DNA of 64,000 nt from Myxococcota bacterium (GCA_965250285.1 OZ252299.1:3232001-3296000), one strand, 5' to 3'. Positions 1-10,666 are shown, numbered from the stretch's first letter. Program-made: numbers and translations. The notes: generated from the sequence alone by a model not told the origin.

Positions 1-1019
1 CGATCGGCAACACGCCGTGCATCCGGATCAACCGGCTCGCGCCCGAGGGCGTCGACATCTACGTGAAGGCCGAGTTCTTCAACCCCGCCGCGTCGGTGAA
101 GGACCGCCTCGCCGTCAGCATCATCGAGGAGGCCGAACGCAGCGGCGATCTCAAGCCCGGTCAGACCGTCGTCGAGGCGACGAGCGGCAATACCGGTATC
201 GGTCTCGCCATGGTCTGCGCGGCCAAGGGCTACCCCCTCGTCGTCACCATGGCCGACAGCTTTTCGATCGAACGCCGCAAGCTGATGCGCTTCCTCGGCG
301 CGCAGGTCGTGCTCACGCCCCGCGCCGAGAAAGGCATGGGCATGTACAACAAGGCGGTCGAGCTCGCGGAGAAGAACGGCTGGTTCCTGGCGCGGCAGTT
401 CGAAACCGACGCGAATGCGCTGATTCACGAGAACACGACCGGCCCCGAGATCCTCGCCGACTTCGAAGGCGAACGACTCGACTACTACGTCACGGGCTAC
501 GGCACCGGAGGCACGGTCACGGGGGTCGCGCGCGCGCTGCGCAAGCACCGACCCGATACGAAGATCATCCTCACCGAGCCGGCCAACGCCGCGATCGTAT
601 CGAGTGGCGAGGCCCAGGCGCGTCGCGACAGCGGCGCACCAGCCGGCAGCCATGGCCAGTGGGAGCCCCACCCCATTCAAGGCTGGACACCCGACTTCAT
701 CCCGCTCGTCTTGCAGGAGTCGATCGACCAGAAGTTCTTCGACGAGCTGGTGCCGATCGCCGGGCCCGTGGGCATGGAGTGGTCGCGCAAGCTCGCTCAG
801 AGCGAAGGCATCTTCACGGGCATCTCGGGCGGCTCGACGTTCGCCGTGGCGATGGACATCGCCGAGCGCGCCGAGAAGGGTTCGACGATCCTCGCGATGC
901 TGCCCGACACGGGCGAGCGCTATCTCTCTTCCCCGCTGTTCGAAGGCATCGCAGAGGAGATGACCGACGAAGAGGTCGCCCTGTCGAAATCGACACCGGG
1001 CTACCAGATGCCCGCCTAG
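1..1019 (+). CDS. cysK: Cysteine synthase / O-acetylserine sulfhydrylase (PLP-dependent), 5' end outside window
   Basis: Frame is open from the window start (IGNTPCIRINRLAPEGVDIYVKAEFFNP). Contains SVKDR PLP-lysine motif, EATSGNTG, GYGTGGT and PDTGERYLS. Confidence 0.92.
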   Translation, partial: IGNTPCIRINRLAPEGVDIYVKAEFFNPAASVKDRLAVSIIEEAERSGDLKPGQTVVEATSGNTGIGLAMVCAAKGYPLVVTMADSFSIERRKLMRFLGAQVVLTPRAEKGMGMYNKAVELAEKNGWFLARQFETDANALIHENTTGPEILADFEGERLDYYVTGYGTGGTVTGVARALRKHRPDTKIILTEPANAAIVSSGEAQARRDSGAPAGSHGQWEPHPIQGWTPDFIPLVLQESIDQKFFDELVPIAGPVGMEWSRKLAQSEGIFTGISGGSTFAVAMDIAERAEKGSTILAMLPDTGERYLSSPLFEGIAEEMTDEEVALSKSTPGYQMPA

Positions 1020-1130
1020 ACGGGCTCGACCGGGCGGGGGCGCGCGCACCGCGCGCACCGCCCCGGCATCCGACACCACTGATCCGCTCCCACACGACCC
1101 GCGCGGGGGCCTGACAACCGGGGATTCCGA

Positions 1131-2129
1131 ATGCTGCGACGCCGGCTGCTGACGATCCCCGGCTACTTCATCGCTACCGCCCTCTGGCTCGGCCTGCTCC
1201 CGGTCACGCTCGTCGCCGCCGCGATCACCGATGCGGTGCGCCGGCGTGGCGCGGTGTTGCTGCGCGGCCTGGCCGCCATCACGGCCTACCTGCTCTGCGA
1301 GTCGATGGGGCTGCTCGCAGCCGCCGCGCTGTGGCTTCGCCGGGCCGTGCTGCCGATGTCGGACGAGGCCTGGGTCGACATCCACTTCAGGCTCGAGGCG
1401 TTGTGGGGCTCGACGCTCTTCACGGCGCTGAAGCACTGCTTCTCGCTCGAGTTCGAAGTGCACGGCGCGGACACCGCCGAGATCGCTCGCGGGCCGTACG
1501 TGTTGGCGCTTCGCCACTGCAGCACGGCCGACACGCTGCTTGCCTCGAAGCTCATCTCGTGGCCGCACGGCATGCGCCTGCGGTACGTCCTCAAGCGCGA
1601 GCTCTTGTGGGATCCTTGCCTCGACGTCGTGGGGCATCGCGTGCCGAACGTCTTCGTCGATCGTTTCACGGACGACACCATCGGTGAGGTGAATCGCGTA
1701 CAGGGGCTGACCCGCAATCTCGGCGAGCACGACGGGGTGCTGATCTATCCCGAGGGCACTCGGTTCACCGAGAAGAAGCGCAATCGCGTGCTCGCGAGCC
1801 TGCGCGAACGAGGGGATGCAGCGATGCTCGAGTACGCTGAGTCACTGAGCGTGCTCTTGCCGCCCAGGCCGGGCGGGCTGCTCGGCCTGCTCGATGCGGC
1901 GCCCACGGCCGACGTCGTGCTCTGCACCCACACCGGCTTCGAAGACGCCGAAACGTTGGGCGCGATCTGGCGCGGCGGCCTCATCGGCCGCAAGGTGCAC
2001 GTGCGCTTCGACCGCATCGCGCGCCCCGACATCCCCAAGGAGCCCGACGGAGCGAAGCAGTGGCTGCGCGACGAGTGGCGGCGGATGAACGGCTGGATCG
2101 AGGCGAATCGAACCCACGACACCGCCTGA
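1131..2129 (+). CDS. PlsC-family (lysophospholipid) acyltransferase
   Basis: N-terminal TM helices, HxxxxD motif (RHCSTAD), LKREL and IYPEGTRFT motif. Confidence 0.85.
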   Translation: MLRRRLLTIPGYFIATALWLGLLPVTLVAAAITDAVRRRGAVLLRGLAAITAYLLCESMGLLAAAALWLRRAVLPMSDEAWVDIHFRLEALWGSTLFTALKHCFSLEFEVHGADTAEIARGPYVLALRHCSTADTLLASKLISWPHGMRLRYVLKRELLWDPCLDVVGHRVPNVFVDRFTDDTIGEVNRVQGLTRNLGEHDGVLIYPEGTRFTEKKRNRVLASLRERGDAAMLEYAESLSVLLPPRPGGLLGLLDAAPTADVVLCTHTGFEDAETLGAIWRGGLIGRKVHVRFDRIARPDIPKEPDGAKQWLRDEWRRMNGWIEANRTHDTA

Positions 2130-2150
2130 GCTTCGAGGCCCGGCCTGCCC

Positions 2151-3038
2151 TCAGGCGCGTTCGGGCAGGCCGAGAAGCGCAGCCGCCTCGGTCGGCGTCG
2201 CAACCGCGCGTCCGCACGCCGCGGCCAGCTCGCCCGCCCGCGCGACGGCCACCGCGTTGCTCTCGGCATCGGGGTCGTCTTCGAGTCCGACGCGCAGATG
2301 CCCACCTCGTTCGATCGCGCGCTTCGCGATCGGCGTGTTGAAGACGTCACCCCCGAGCACGGCGATCGCCCAGGGCAGGCCCGTGCCTTCGAGCATCGCG
2401 CAGTACATGTCGAGCGCCTCGGGGATCGGGGGCGCGCCGAAGATCGGCGGCCCCGAGCCGAGGAACCCGCCGAGACTGAAGTAGAGCTTCACGAGCGTGC
2501 CCGGCGGCAGCGCACCAGCCTGCTGGGCCGCGACGATCACGCGCAGAAAGCCCGGCTCGAAGATGGCGACCGACGGCCCGAGCCGATGTTCGCGGCAGAG
2601 CTCACCCATCACGCGAATCTCGTTCGGCGAGTTCGTGTAGACGTAGTCCATCGGGATCGGCCAGCCGTCTTCGCCCACCGAACCCAGGTTCACCGAACCG
2701 GGGTCGAGAATGCCGCACCGAATCACGCCCTCGCCCGCGAGCACGCGTTGGTGGCCGAGCTTCGCCTCGACACCACCCGGCCCCGCGGCCACGGTGGGAT
2801 AGAGCAGCGCGTCGGGCCGTGCGTCGATGATCGGTCGGTACGCCTCGAGATAGCGCGCCGCGCCCTCGTCGGGTGGCGCCATCGGCGTATCGCTGTGCGT
2901 GTGCACGATCGCGGCGCCGGCGTCGATGCAGGCGAGTGCGTCGCGCACCATCGACTCAGGATCTCGGGGGGCGGCCGGATTGCGCTCAGGGGTCGTGATG
3001 CCGTTCGAAGCCACCTCGATCACGACGGGATCGGACAT
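2151..3038 (-). CDS. Beta-keto acid cleavage enzyme (3-keto-5-aminohexanoate cleavage, Kce/DUF849 family)
   Basis: AGAAIVHTH metal motif, GSVNLG, GGHLRVGLED and C-terminal VATPTEAAALLGL. Confidence 0.88.
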   Translation of the reverse strand: MSDPVVIEVASNGITTPERNPAAPRDPESMVRDALACIDAGAAIVHTHSDTPMAPPDEGAARYLEAYRPIIDARPDALLYPTVAAGPGGVEAKLGHQRVLAGEGVIRCGILDPGSVNLGSVGEDGWPIPMDYVYTNSPNEIRVMGELCREHRLGPSVAIFEPGFLRVIVAAQQAGALPPGTLVKLYFSLGGFLGSGPPIFGAPPIPEALDMYCAMLEGTGLPWAIAVLGGDVFNTPIAKRAIERGGHLRVGLEDDPDAESNAVAVARAGELAAACGRAVATPTEAAALLGLPERA

Positions 3039-3124
3039 GTCGACTCCTCCACTTCGACCGCGCAGACTATCACGGCGCGAGATGCGCGGCGGCGTGCGGG
3101 GTGATCTGCGAGACTCGCCCCCTC

Positions 3125-5563
3125 ATGGGGCCGCTCTCGACCGACAACGCTTGGGGCGCTCCGGGCCGACTCGCAACAGCGGCGCTGTGCGCGGGCTCGC
3201 TCGCGATCACGCTCGTCACCTCGGGCGCGGCGGCCGCAAACGAGGCGACCCGAGCGCCCGAGATCTTCTCGAAGCGAGCGTGGGACGACCCGCCGCGCGA
3301 CGCCCGGCCGGTGGCGCGCTGGTGGTGGCCGGGCGGCAGCGTCGACCGCGACGCGATCGACGCACAGCTCGAAGCGATCGCGGCGGCCGGCTTCGGCGGT
3401 GTCGAGCTTCAGCCCCTGCTGCTCGGCATCGGCGAAGACGATCTCGCGGCTGACCCGCGCCTGCGAAGCGTCGGCACGCCGGGCTATCGCGCGCTCGTCG
3501 CGTACGCCGCCCAGGCGGCGGGCCAGCATGGCCTGGCCTTCGACCTGACCCTCGGCAGCGGCTGGCCCGGTGGGCTGCCCACGGCCCGCGCCAACGCCGA
3601 GCGCCAGCTGCTGATGACGCATGTCGATGTCGAAGGCCCCGACCTGGTCGACGTCGCCGTACCCGCCGCCCCCGATCAGAGCTATCGGCGCAGCGTCGAG
3701 TGGGTGCTCGACGTGCTCGGCCCGATGGATGAAGAGGCCGAACTCGTGGCTGTCGTGGCCGCGCGCGTCGGCCCGAACCGCGAGGGCGTGCCGACCCTCT
3801 CACACGCGCGAGCGCTCGAAGGCGCGGTCGCAAACGGACGCCTGCGCTGGACACCCCCGTCCGGAACGTGGCGCGTCTTCATCTTCTTCAGCAACTCGAC
3901 CGAACACTTCGTGATGGGCGGCGCCTTCCCCGGCGCCGAGGCCGACGCGCGCGTCGTCGACCACCTCGCCGCACGGGGGGCCGACGCGCTGCTCGAAGGC
4001 TACGCCGATCCGCTGCTCGCCGAGGTCGGCGCTCGACACGTGCGAGACGTCTTCGTCGACAGCTTCGAGCTGATGGGCGAGCTGCCCTTCACCGCGGCGT
4101 TCTTCGATGCGTTCGAGTCGCGCGCCGGCTACGACGTGACGCCCGACCTGCCGCTGCTCTTCCGGCGCGGCGGCGAGTCGAAGTACGCCGAGATGATGGA
4201 TCTCTTCGGCCGGCTCGGCGGCCCGGTCTACGTCGACGCCGATTCGGGCCGGGCCGAACGCGTGCGCGAAGACTACGAGCGCGTCCGAAGCGGCCTCTTC
4301 GAGGAGGCCTTCGTCGCCCGCTTTGCAGGATGGTCGCATGCACGAGGGCTGGGCCTTCGCCTGCAGGCCCACGGCGGCTACGGCGACATTCTCGACACGT
4401 ACGCACTGGCCGACGTGCCCGAGAGCGAGGGGCTCTTCGCGGGCGGCGCGTTCGACTTCTTGAAGCTCGCGTCGTCGGCCGCCCACGTCGCCGGGCGCCG
4501 GTGGGCCTCATCGGAGTCGTTCATCACGTTGCGGCTGTTCGGAAGATCGATCGCGAACGAAGAGATGCAGCTGCTCGCGGGCCGGGCGTTCGCAGCGGGC
4601 ATCAACCGCATCGTCTACCACGGCGTCGCGCAGCCCTACGTGCGCGCGGACGGCGCACGCTGGTTTCCGTTCTCGGGCGGCTTCGGACGCATCCTCGCGG
4701 GCCCTCTGCCGATGTCACTCGACGTCGACGCCGCGCGGCTCGCCGCGATTGTGCCCTTCAATCGAGCGCTGGCGCGGTCGGCGGTCGCGATGAGCAGCGG
4801 CGACCCGGCGAGCGACGTCGCGTGGCTGCATCCCGACGCGACCTACCCCGACGCGGCGAGTCTGCAGCTCGGCCGCATCGAAGCCCATGCCGGCGAGTCG
4901 ACCCCGACTGCGGCACTCCGTGCGCGCGGTCTGACCCACGATCGCGTGAGTCGGCGCATGCTCACAGGCGCCCAGCCCGACGGCGACGGCTTCAGAGTCG
5001 GGGCGATGCGCTATCGCGCGCTCCTGGTCGACCCGCTCGACGTCGCCGAGCCCGAGCTCGTCGAAGCGATGGCTCGGATCGCCGAGCACGGCGTGCCCGT
5101 GTTCACGCTCGGGCAGCTGCCCGCGCGCGCCCCGGGGCTGCACGACGCCGACGGGCGCGACGCGCGCGTGCGCTCGGCGCGCAAGCGCCTCGAGGCCCAC
5201 GCGCAGCGCGTGGCCCCCGAGGCGCTCGAAGCGGCGCTCGCGCGCCGCGTTCGCGGCGATCTCGTTGCGCCAGCAGGGAACGAGCAGCTCACGGTCTCTC
5301 TCGCTCGGCGCACCCACCCGCACGGCGACACGCTGCTCGTCTTCAACGAGTCGTGGTCGCCCACTTCGGCACAGCTGCGCTTCGTTCGCAGCGGCCACGA
5401 TCTCACCCGCTGGAACCCCGAAACCGGTGCCCCCACACAGTTGCGTGCCCGGGTCGAATCGGGCGACGTCGTTTCCGTCCCACTCGAGCCGGCCGCGTGG
5501 ACGATCCTCACCCTCGGTCGCACGACCAACCCGGCCGGTCGGGGCCGCGACGACAGCCCGTAG
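3125..5563 (+). CDS. Secreted glycoside hydrolase, GH106 (alpha-L-rhamnosidase-like)
   Basis: Signal-like N-terminus, RPVARWWWPGG, GFGGVE, DLTLGSGWP, FVDSFE, DVPESE, KLASSAAHVAG and GINRIVYHG. Start uncertain (3101 or 3125). Confidence 0.8.
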   Translation: MGPLSTDNAWGAPGRLATAALCAGSLAITLVTSGAAAANEATRAPEIFSKRAWDDPPRDARPVARWWWPGGSVDRDAIDAQLEAIAAAGFGGVELQPLLLGIGEDDLAADPRLRSVGTPGYRALVAYAAQAAGQHGLAFDLTLGSGWPGGLPTARANAERQLLMTHVDVEGPDLVDVAVPAAPDQSYRRSVEWVLDVLGPMDEEAELVAVVAARVGPNREGVPTLSHARALEGAVANGRLRWTPPSGTWRVFIFFSNSTEHFVMGGAFPGAEADARVVDHLAARGADALLEGYADPLLAEVGARHVRDVFVDSFELMGELPFTAAFFDAFESRAGYDVTPDLPLLFRRGGESKYAEMMDLFGRLGGPVYVDADSGRAERVREDYERVRSGLFEEAFVARFAGWSHARGLGLRLQAHGGYGDILDTYALADVPESEGLFAGGAFDFLKLASSAAHVAGRRWASSESFITLRLFGRSIANEEMQLLAGRAFAAGINRIVYHGVAQPYVRADGARWFPFSGGFGRILAGPLPMSLDVDAARLAAIVPFNRALARSAVAMSSGDPASDVAWLHPDATYPDAASLQLGRIEAHAGESTPTAALRARGLTHDRVSRRMLTGAQPDGDGFRVGAMRYRALLVDPLDVAEPELVEAMARIAEHGVPVFTLGQLPARAPGLHDADGRDARVRSARKRLEAHAQRVAPEALEAALARRVRGDLVAPAGNEQLTVSLARRTHPHGDTLLVFNESWSPTSAQLRFVRSGHDLTRWNPETGAPTQLRARVESGDVVSVPLEPAAWTILTLGRTTNPAGRGRDDSP

Positions 5564-5730
5564 CGACCCGCTCGCGCCCTGATCGAAGGCCTTGCACGGG
5601 TCGGACGGAACGACTTGCCACCGGCGCGCGCAAGCTCGAAGCTCCGGCCGCGCACCCCAACGGAGAACGTCCCTTCGATGCACCCCGAGCCGAGGCACCC
5701 TGGCGCGCATCCGCGCGGCGGCGTGCGCCG

Positions 5731-7431
5731 ATGAGCCGCTCGACCCCCGCGCCCGGGCCGCGCCTTCGCGGCGCACGAACGCACCGGTGGGCTCGCGCTG
5801 CCGCGAGCCTGTTCGTGCTCGCTTCACTCGCCTGCGCCCAGAAGGGTGGACCGGTCGATCCGATCGGTCCCGACCTGATGCAGGAGCTGCCCTCGGACGC
5901 TGAAGACATCGAGATCTTCGGCGGCATCCCGCTGAACGGCCTGCGCTTCATCGGCACGCACAACTCGTACCACCTGTGGCCGCGCCTGTTCGGCCTGCCG
6001 TTTCTGCCGATCGCGTTCTCGGCGAAGCATCGCTACGCGCAGCCGCCGCTCGGTGAGCAGCTCGACGGTGTGCCGGGTGGCCCGGGCGCCGTGCGACAGA
6101 TCGAGCTCGACCTGCACATGCGCCGCTTCGACGACTCGATCCGGGTGCTGCACGTGCCGTGGATCGACAACCACACGAGCTGCAAGACCCTGCAGATCTG
6201 CCTCGAGCAGGTCATGGACTGGTCCGAGAAACGCGGCGGGGTGCACGCCCCGGTTCTCATCTGGCTCGAGCCCAAGGACAAGACGCCCATCGACCGCTGG
6301 ATGTCGCTCGGCTTCTACGAGCGCGTCGACCTGATGCGCGTCGAAGAGGCGGTGTTCGAGGTCATCCCACGAGAACGCATCCTCATGCCGGATGACCTTC
6401 GGCGCGGCGAGCGCACGCTGCCCGACGCCATCACTCATCATGGCTGGCCCACACTCGATGCGCTCGAAGGCAAGTTCATCTTCGCGCTGCTCGACGAGAG
6501 CGAGCATCGACAGGAGTACGTCGGGCTGAGCCCGCTGCGCAATCTCGAAGGCCGGCTCATGTTCGTGCGCTCGAGCGCACCGACCGAGCCCTGGGCCGCG
6601 ACGTTCAAGATCGACAACTCGGTGCCGACCCTCGAAGACATGCAGGTCTTCGGGCAAGAGGCCCTCGCCGATCCCGAGCTCGCGGCCCTGCAGGTGTACC
6701 CCGAGCCCCCGACGACCGACAACGCGTTCGTCGCCTGGTGGAAGAACCTGTGGCTGATCGCGCAAGGCCAAGGCGACGAGACGGGGTCGAGCGAGAACGA
6801 AGACGAGGACGCAGCCCGACAGAACCGGTCGAAGGGCGATACCGAGCCCTCGCCCGACAGGCAGAGCGTGGTCAACGGCGAGCCCTCAGCCGATGCTGAT
6901 GCCGGCGCAGAGAAAGACCTCACGAGCGAAGCCAAGGCGCCGACGCCCGAGGTCGATTGGCGGCTGCGTCGCGAGCTGCGCTCGGTCTCGTTCGACACGC
7001 GCGACGAGGCGCGCCAGCGTCACCTCGAAGCCGTCGATGCGCTCGAAGAGCGGATGCGCGCCGAGGTCGCGCCCGAGAGCGAGGATCTCGCCATCGTGCT
7101 CGAGAACGCGCGGCGATCGCGCGACTACCGGGACGTGCTGCGCGAGCGCCTGCGCGGCTTCATCGGCGACCACCGTCGCGCGCGAATCCTCGCGCTCGTG
7201 CGCGACGGTTTCCTCGTCACGACGACCGCCGACGACCCCCACCGCGACGCCGACACCAACCGCCGCGTCGCGCTCTCGTCGCTGCTCTCGGGCGCTCAGT
7301 ACGTGAGCACGAACGCGCTGACGCCGAGCGCGCGAGATGGCTATCTGCTCGAGGTGCCCGGCGCTTCGATCCGCTGCAACGTGCTCGTCGACCCCGACGG
7401 CTGCGCCAACGCCGTCGACGACGAGCGCTGA
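5731..7431 (+). CDS. Ca2+-dependent PI-PLC-like phosphodiesterase, probable lipoprotein, with a large internal insertion
   Basis: Lipobox-like SLAC, IGTHNSYH, VRQIELDLH, HAPVLIWLEPKD, GWPTLDALEGK and SGAQYVST. The true start is the ATG at 5731 inside the long 3868 ORF. Confidence 0.8.
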   Translation: MSRSTPAPGPRLRGARTHRWARAAASLFVLASLACAQKGGPVDPIGPDLMQELPSDAEDIEIFGGIPLNGLRFIGTHNSYHLWPRLFGLPFLPIAFSAKHRYAQPPLGEQLDGVPGGPGAVRQIELDLHMRRFDDSIRVLHVPWIDNHTSCKTLQICLEQVMDWSEKRGGVHAPVLIWLEPKDKTPIDRWMSLGFYERVDLMRVEEAVFEVIPRERILMPDDLRRGERTLPDAITHHGWPTLDALEGKFIFALLDESEHRQEYVGLSPLRNLEGRLMFVRSSAPTEPWAATFKIDNSVPTLEDMQVFGQEALADPELAALQVYPEPPTTDNAFVAWWKNLWLIAQGQGDETGSSENEDEDAARQNRSKGDTEPSPDRQSVVNGEPSADADAGAEKDLTSEAKAPTPEVDWRLRRELRSVSFDTRDEARQRHLEAVDALEERMRAEVAPESEDLAIVLENARRSRDYRDVLRERLRGFIGDHRRARILALVRDGFLVTTTADDPHRDADTNRRVALSSLLSGAQYVSTNALTPSARDGYLLEVPGASIRCNVLVDPDGCANAVDDER

Positions 7432-7688
7432 GCGCCCGCCCGGCCGCGCGGCCACGAAGTCGAGCCAGACCGGCGAGTTGCGACTCGGCCTGCGCCGTCG
7501 CGACGACTCGGGCAGCGCGCTTTGCCCCCCATCCATCCACACCCGTGCCATTCGGCCCATGGGTGGCTGCGCCGAACCACCCGATGATGCGACCCGACGC
7601 TGCCAACCGGCAGCTCGATCGATCGGCAGCCCGCCGATCGCCGCGGCCGATGGTGGGCGCGATCCAAGTGAAACGGAGTGGTTGGAAC

Positions 7689-8708
7689 ATGCTGGGGTTC
7701 GACGTGCGCAACGGCTGGGCGGTCCTGGGTCTTCTGCTGGTGAGCTTCTTCGGCATTGCATGCGGCGAAGAAGGAGGCGAAGCCGGCGCCGTCCCGCAGG
7801 CCGACTTTGCCGCGATCTTCGAAGGCGAAGCGGTCGAGATCGAAACGCAGGGCACCGAGACGCGGCTGACGTTCCAGGACATCCGCTACGACTTCGGCAC
7901 GGCGTTCGGCCTCGACCCTGTCTCGCACCCGACGCTCGACAAGTTCGCCATGGTCTTCGCGACGATGCCCGCGGCCCGGTACATGGTCGTGGGGCACACC
8001 GACGACCGCGGTGACGCCGATGGTCGAGTCGAAGAATCGAAGCAACAGGCCGGCGCCGTCGCCAGCTATCTGATCGGGATCGTGGGCGGCGAACGGCTCG
8101 CGTTCGACTCCGACGGCGTCGGCGGCGCTTTCCCGATCGCGACCAATGCCACCAAGAACGGCCGAGCGCTCAACCGTCGCATCGAGATCATCGTCGAGGC
8201 CGATCCGCCCGGCCGTACATATCGTCTGACGATGGCGGCCGACGTGCTCGACGTCATCGAAGACTGCGACGATTTCACGGGCTCGCCGTCTGCGGCCGCC
8301 GGCGACTTCTTCATCCAGACCGAGTTCGCGTTCTTCAGGAGCACACGGATCACCAACTCGCCGAACGTCGAGGTCCCCGCCAACGCCGGCGAGACCATCG
8401 ATCTCGACATCGCAGCCGAGACGCTCTACTGGACGTCTCGTAGCGGGAGCCTCGACTACCGCGTCGACTGGTCCGAGGCCGATACCGAGGGCCCGCAGTT
8501 CGAGTTGTCGGCGGGGAGCGACATCCGGTGGTCCGAGTCGGACGGATGCTGGCTCGTCAACGTGGGACCGCCCGGCGGAAGGTGTCTCTCGCGCACCGAG
8601 GGCGTGATCGACTCCGGCACGTCGATCGTCGCGATGCCCGGCACCGCGACCCAGGATGCATGCTTCGTCGAGCTCGACTGGTCGCTGACCGCTGAGCGGG
8701 TTCAGTAG
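7689..8708 (+). CDS. OmpA-like peptidoglycan-binding lipoprotein with an unknown C-terminal domain
   Basis: Lipobox GIAC, VVGHTDDRG and GRALNRRIEI OmpA_C motifs. Confidence 0.8.
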   Translation: MLGFDVRNGWAVLGLLLVSFFGIACGEEGGEAGAVPQADFAAIFEGEAVEIETQGTETRLTFQDIRYDFGTAFGLDPVSHPTLDKFAMVFATMPAARYMVVGHTDDRGDADGRVEESKQQAGAVASYLIGIVGGERLAFDSDGVGGAFPIATNATKNGRALNRRIEIIVEADPPGRTYRLTMAADVLDVIEDCDDFTGSPSAAAGDFFIQTEFAFFRSTRITNSPNVEVPANAGETIDLDIAAETLYWTSRSGSLDYRVDWSEADTEGPQFELSAGSDIRWSESDGCWLVNVGPPGGRCLSRTEGVIDSGTSIVAMPGTATQDACFVELDWSLTAERVQ

Positions 8709-8877
8709 GTGGCGGTCGACCGACCGCGTGTGGCTGCCGATCGTTTGCGCAAGAGCTGCCGGTCGCGCGCCCGCGCAGCGATCTAGGGGCACACGATCAC
8801 AAGGTCGACCGCGCTCCAACCGATGAGGTGTGGGTGCAGCCCGGCCGCGGCGTGCACCTGCGACGTCTCTGGAGCCC

Positions 8878-9438
8878 ATGTTGCACGCCCCCGCCCCGCC
8901 CTCCCCCGATACGCGACCGACGCCTCCCTTCTTCGGCGCGCTTCGACGCGCGACGGCGCGTGTCGGCTCACCCGAAGCGCGAAGCCTCTCGGCGGAGCTC
9001 GCCGCCGACGTGGTCGAGGGGGGATGGCGGGTCGTGCAGTCGATCCGTTGGCCGACCTGGGGCGGCGCCGTCGACTTCTTCACGCACCAGGTGGTCGTGA
9101 ACTTGGTCGGCTGGATGGCGGGCTTCGCGACCGCGCACCTCGTCACGCGCTGGTTCGAGGTGCGCGGGCTCCGCAATCTCTGGGGCCTCGTCGCATCGGG
9201 CGACCGCACGCTCGTGAGTGCCGATCACCATCGCTTGATCATGACGTTCACCGGCTTCACCGTCGGGCTGCTCATGATGCTCTTCGTTCGGCACTGCTTG
9301 ATGCGCTGGATCGCCGAGACGCGCTCGCTCCGCGCCGACCGACGCGGCGGCCACGTGGCGACGCGCGAAGAGCACGCTCCTTCGAGTGGCGTGCCCCTCG
9401 CGCACTTCGAAGCACTCGAAGCCGAGCCCGAGCAGTAG
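8878..9438 (+). CDS. Hypothetical membrane protein
   Basis: Host-like codon usage and two hydrophobic segments; GGAG upstream of ATG 8878. Confidence 0.55.
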   Translation: MLHAPAPPSPDTRPTPPFFGALRRATARVGSPEARSLSAELAADVVEGGWRVVQSIRWPTWGGAVDFFTHQVVVNLVGWMAGFATAHLVTRWFEVRGLRNLWGLVASGDRTLVSADHHRLIMTFTGFTVGLLMMLFVRHCLMRWIAETRSLRADRRGGHVATREEHAPSSGVPLAHFEALEAEPEQ

Positions 9439-10020
9439 CGAGCCCACACCGCGGTCCACGCCCTTTCGTCGCGCGCTCAGCCCAACGACGCGAAGGGATC
9501 GATACGTCTCGCACACGCACGAAGCTGTTTGTCGAACCAACGCAGCGTGGGTCGGCATCCGTCGTCGTTCGCGCCACGATTTCGATGCGCGCGTATCGCC
9601 CCGCGAACGGGTCGTAGCGCGAGCAAGCCGTCCGGTCGACATCTCGGTGTCGCCAGCGCGTTCGATTGACGGCTTGCACCGATCGATGACGTTGTAAAGA
9701 AGCGAAACAACATCACCACAGCATGTCTCGAGCGCATGATGTCACGAAACCCGCACACCTCAGGGGTCGTCATGCGTCGAGCGCAACCTATGCCACAAAC
9801 AATCTTTGCACTGACTCGGCGTCCACGCGCTCAACGCGATCATGACGATTGGACCGATGGAACTGAAAGATTTCGGCTGCACACTGTGTGCACGTCGAAG
9901 CGAACCGAGCTCGTTCGGCGCTTCGACGTCAATTGCGCTGTGTGCGGCGTGGTAGGATCCACGAGCGACGCGCAGTCGAAGCGACTCTGTTGAATCGAGT
10001 CTGTCCTGGAGACACCGTCG

Positions 10021-10512
10021 ATGAAGCCCTGCGCGTTGATCCTGTCGATCCTGCTCACGATCGCGAGCAACCCGGCCTGGGCCGATGACGAGATCGTCTC
10101 GGGCCCCGACCGGCGCCACGAACTGGACCTTCGGATCAAAGAGATCGAAACCGAGCGAGATCAGATCTCGGTCGCGGCACCGGCGGTCTACACCTTCATT
10201 GGGCTCGGCATCGCCGCGGTCGGGGCTTTGGTTCTCGGAGGCGGGATCGCCCGCAACAACGATCCCGACGGCTCGCCTTCAGGCACCGCTGCCATTGGCG
10301 GCGGCGCGGCGCTCATCGCCATTGGCGGTGTGACCAGCTTCATCAGCGGCACCGTATGGAGTCGCCGCTCCGACAAGCGCAATGCGCTCGATGCCGAGCG
10401 CGAGTCGCTCATCAAAGAGCGCGGGACGCTCAGCGAAACGCTCTCCCGCGTCGAGATCCGAAGCCCACACCGTGACGGCACCCAGTTCGTGACGCTCGGC
10501 GTTCGCTTCTGA
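10021..10512 (+). CDS. Tandem paralog 1: secreted protein with Gly-rich hydrophobic hairpin and C-terminal beta-signal-like FVTLGVRF
   Basis: Signal peptide MKPCALILS...PAWA, GGAGA RBS, clear homology to the next four ORFs. Confidence 0.85.
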   Translation: MKPCALILSILLTIASNPAWADDEIVSGPDRRHELDLRIKEIETERDQISVAAPAVYTFIGLGIAAVGALVLGGGIARNNDPDGSPSGTAAIGGGAALIAIGGVTSFISGTVWSRRSDKRNALDAERESLIKERGTLSETLSRVEIRSPHRDGTQFVTLGVRF

Positions 10513-10666
10513 GACAGCGCGCTCTTGGGGCTGCACGATGCGAGGGCCGCACCCGCCCCATCAGCTCACCAGAGACACGCCTTCGCGGCATTCATTCTTG
10601 ATCGGCATGCGACGATCGACATCGAATCGACCCTCGAACGCCGATTCGGTCTGGGAGGAAAGCTCG

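Noticed and set aside
3868..5730. N-terminal ~620 aa of the 1187-aa ORF
   Set aside because: Out-of-frame overlap with the GH106 gene; the real protein starts at 5731.
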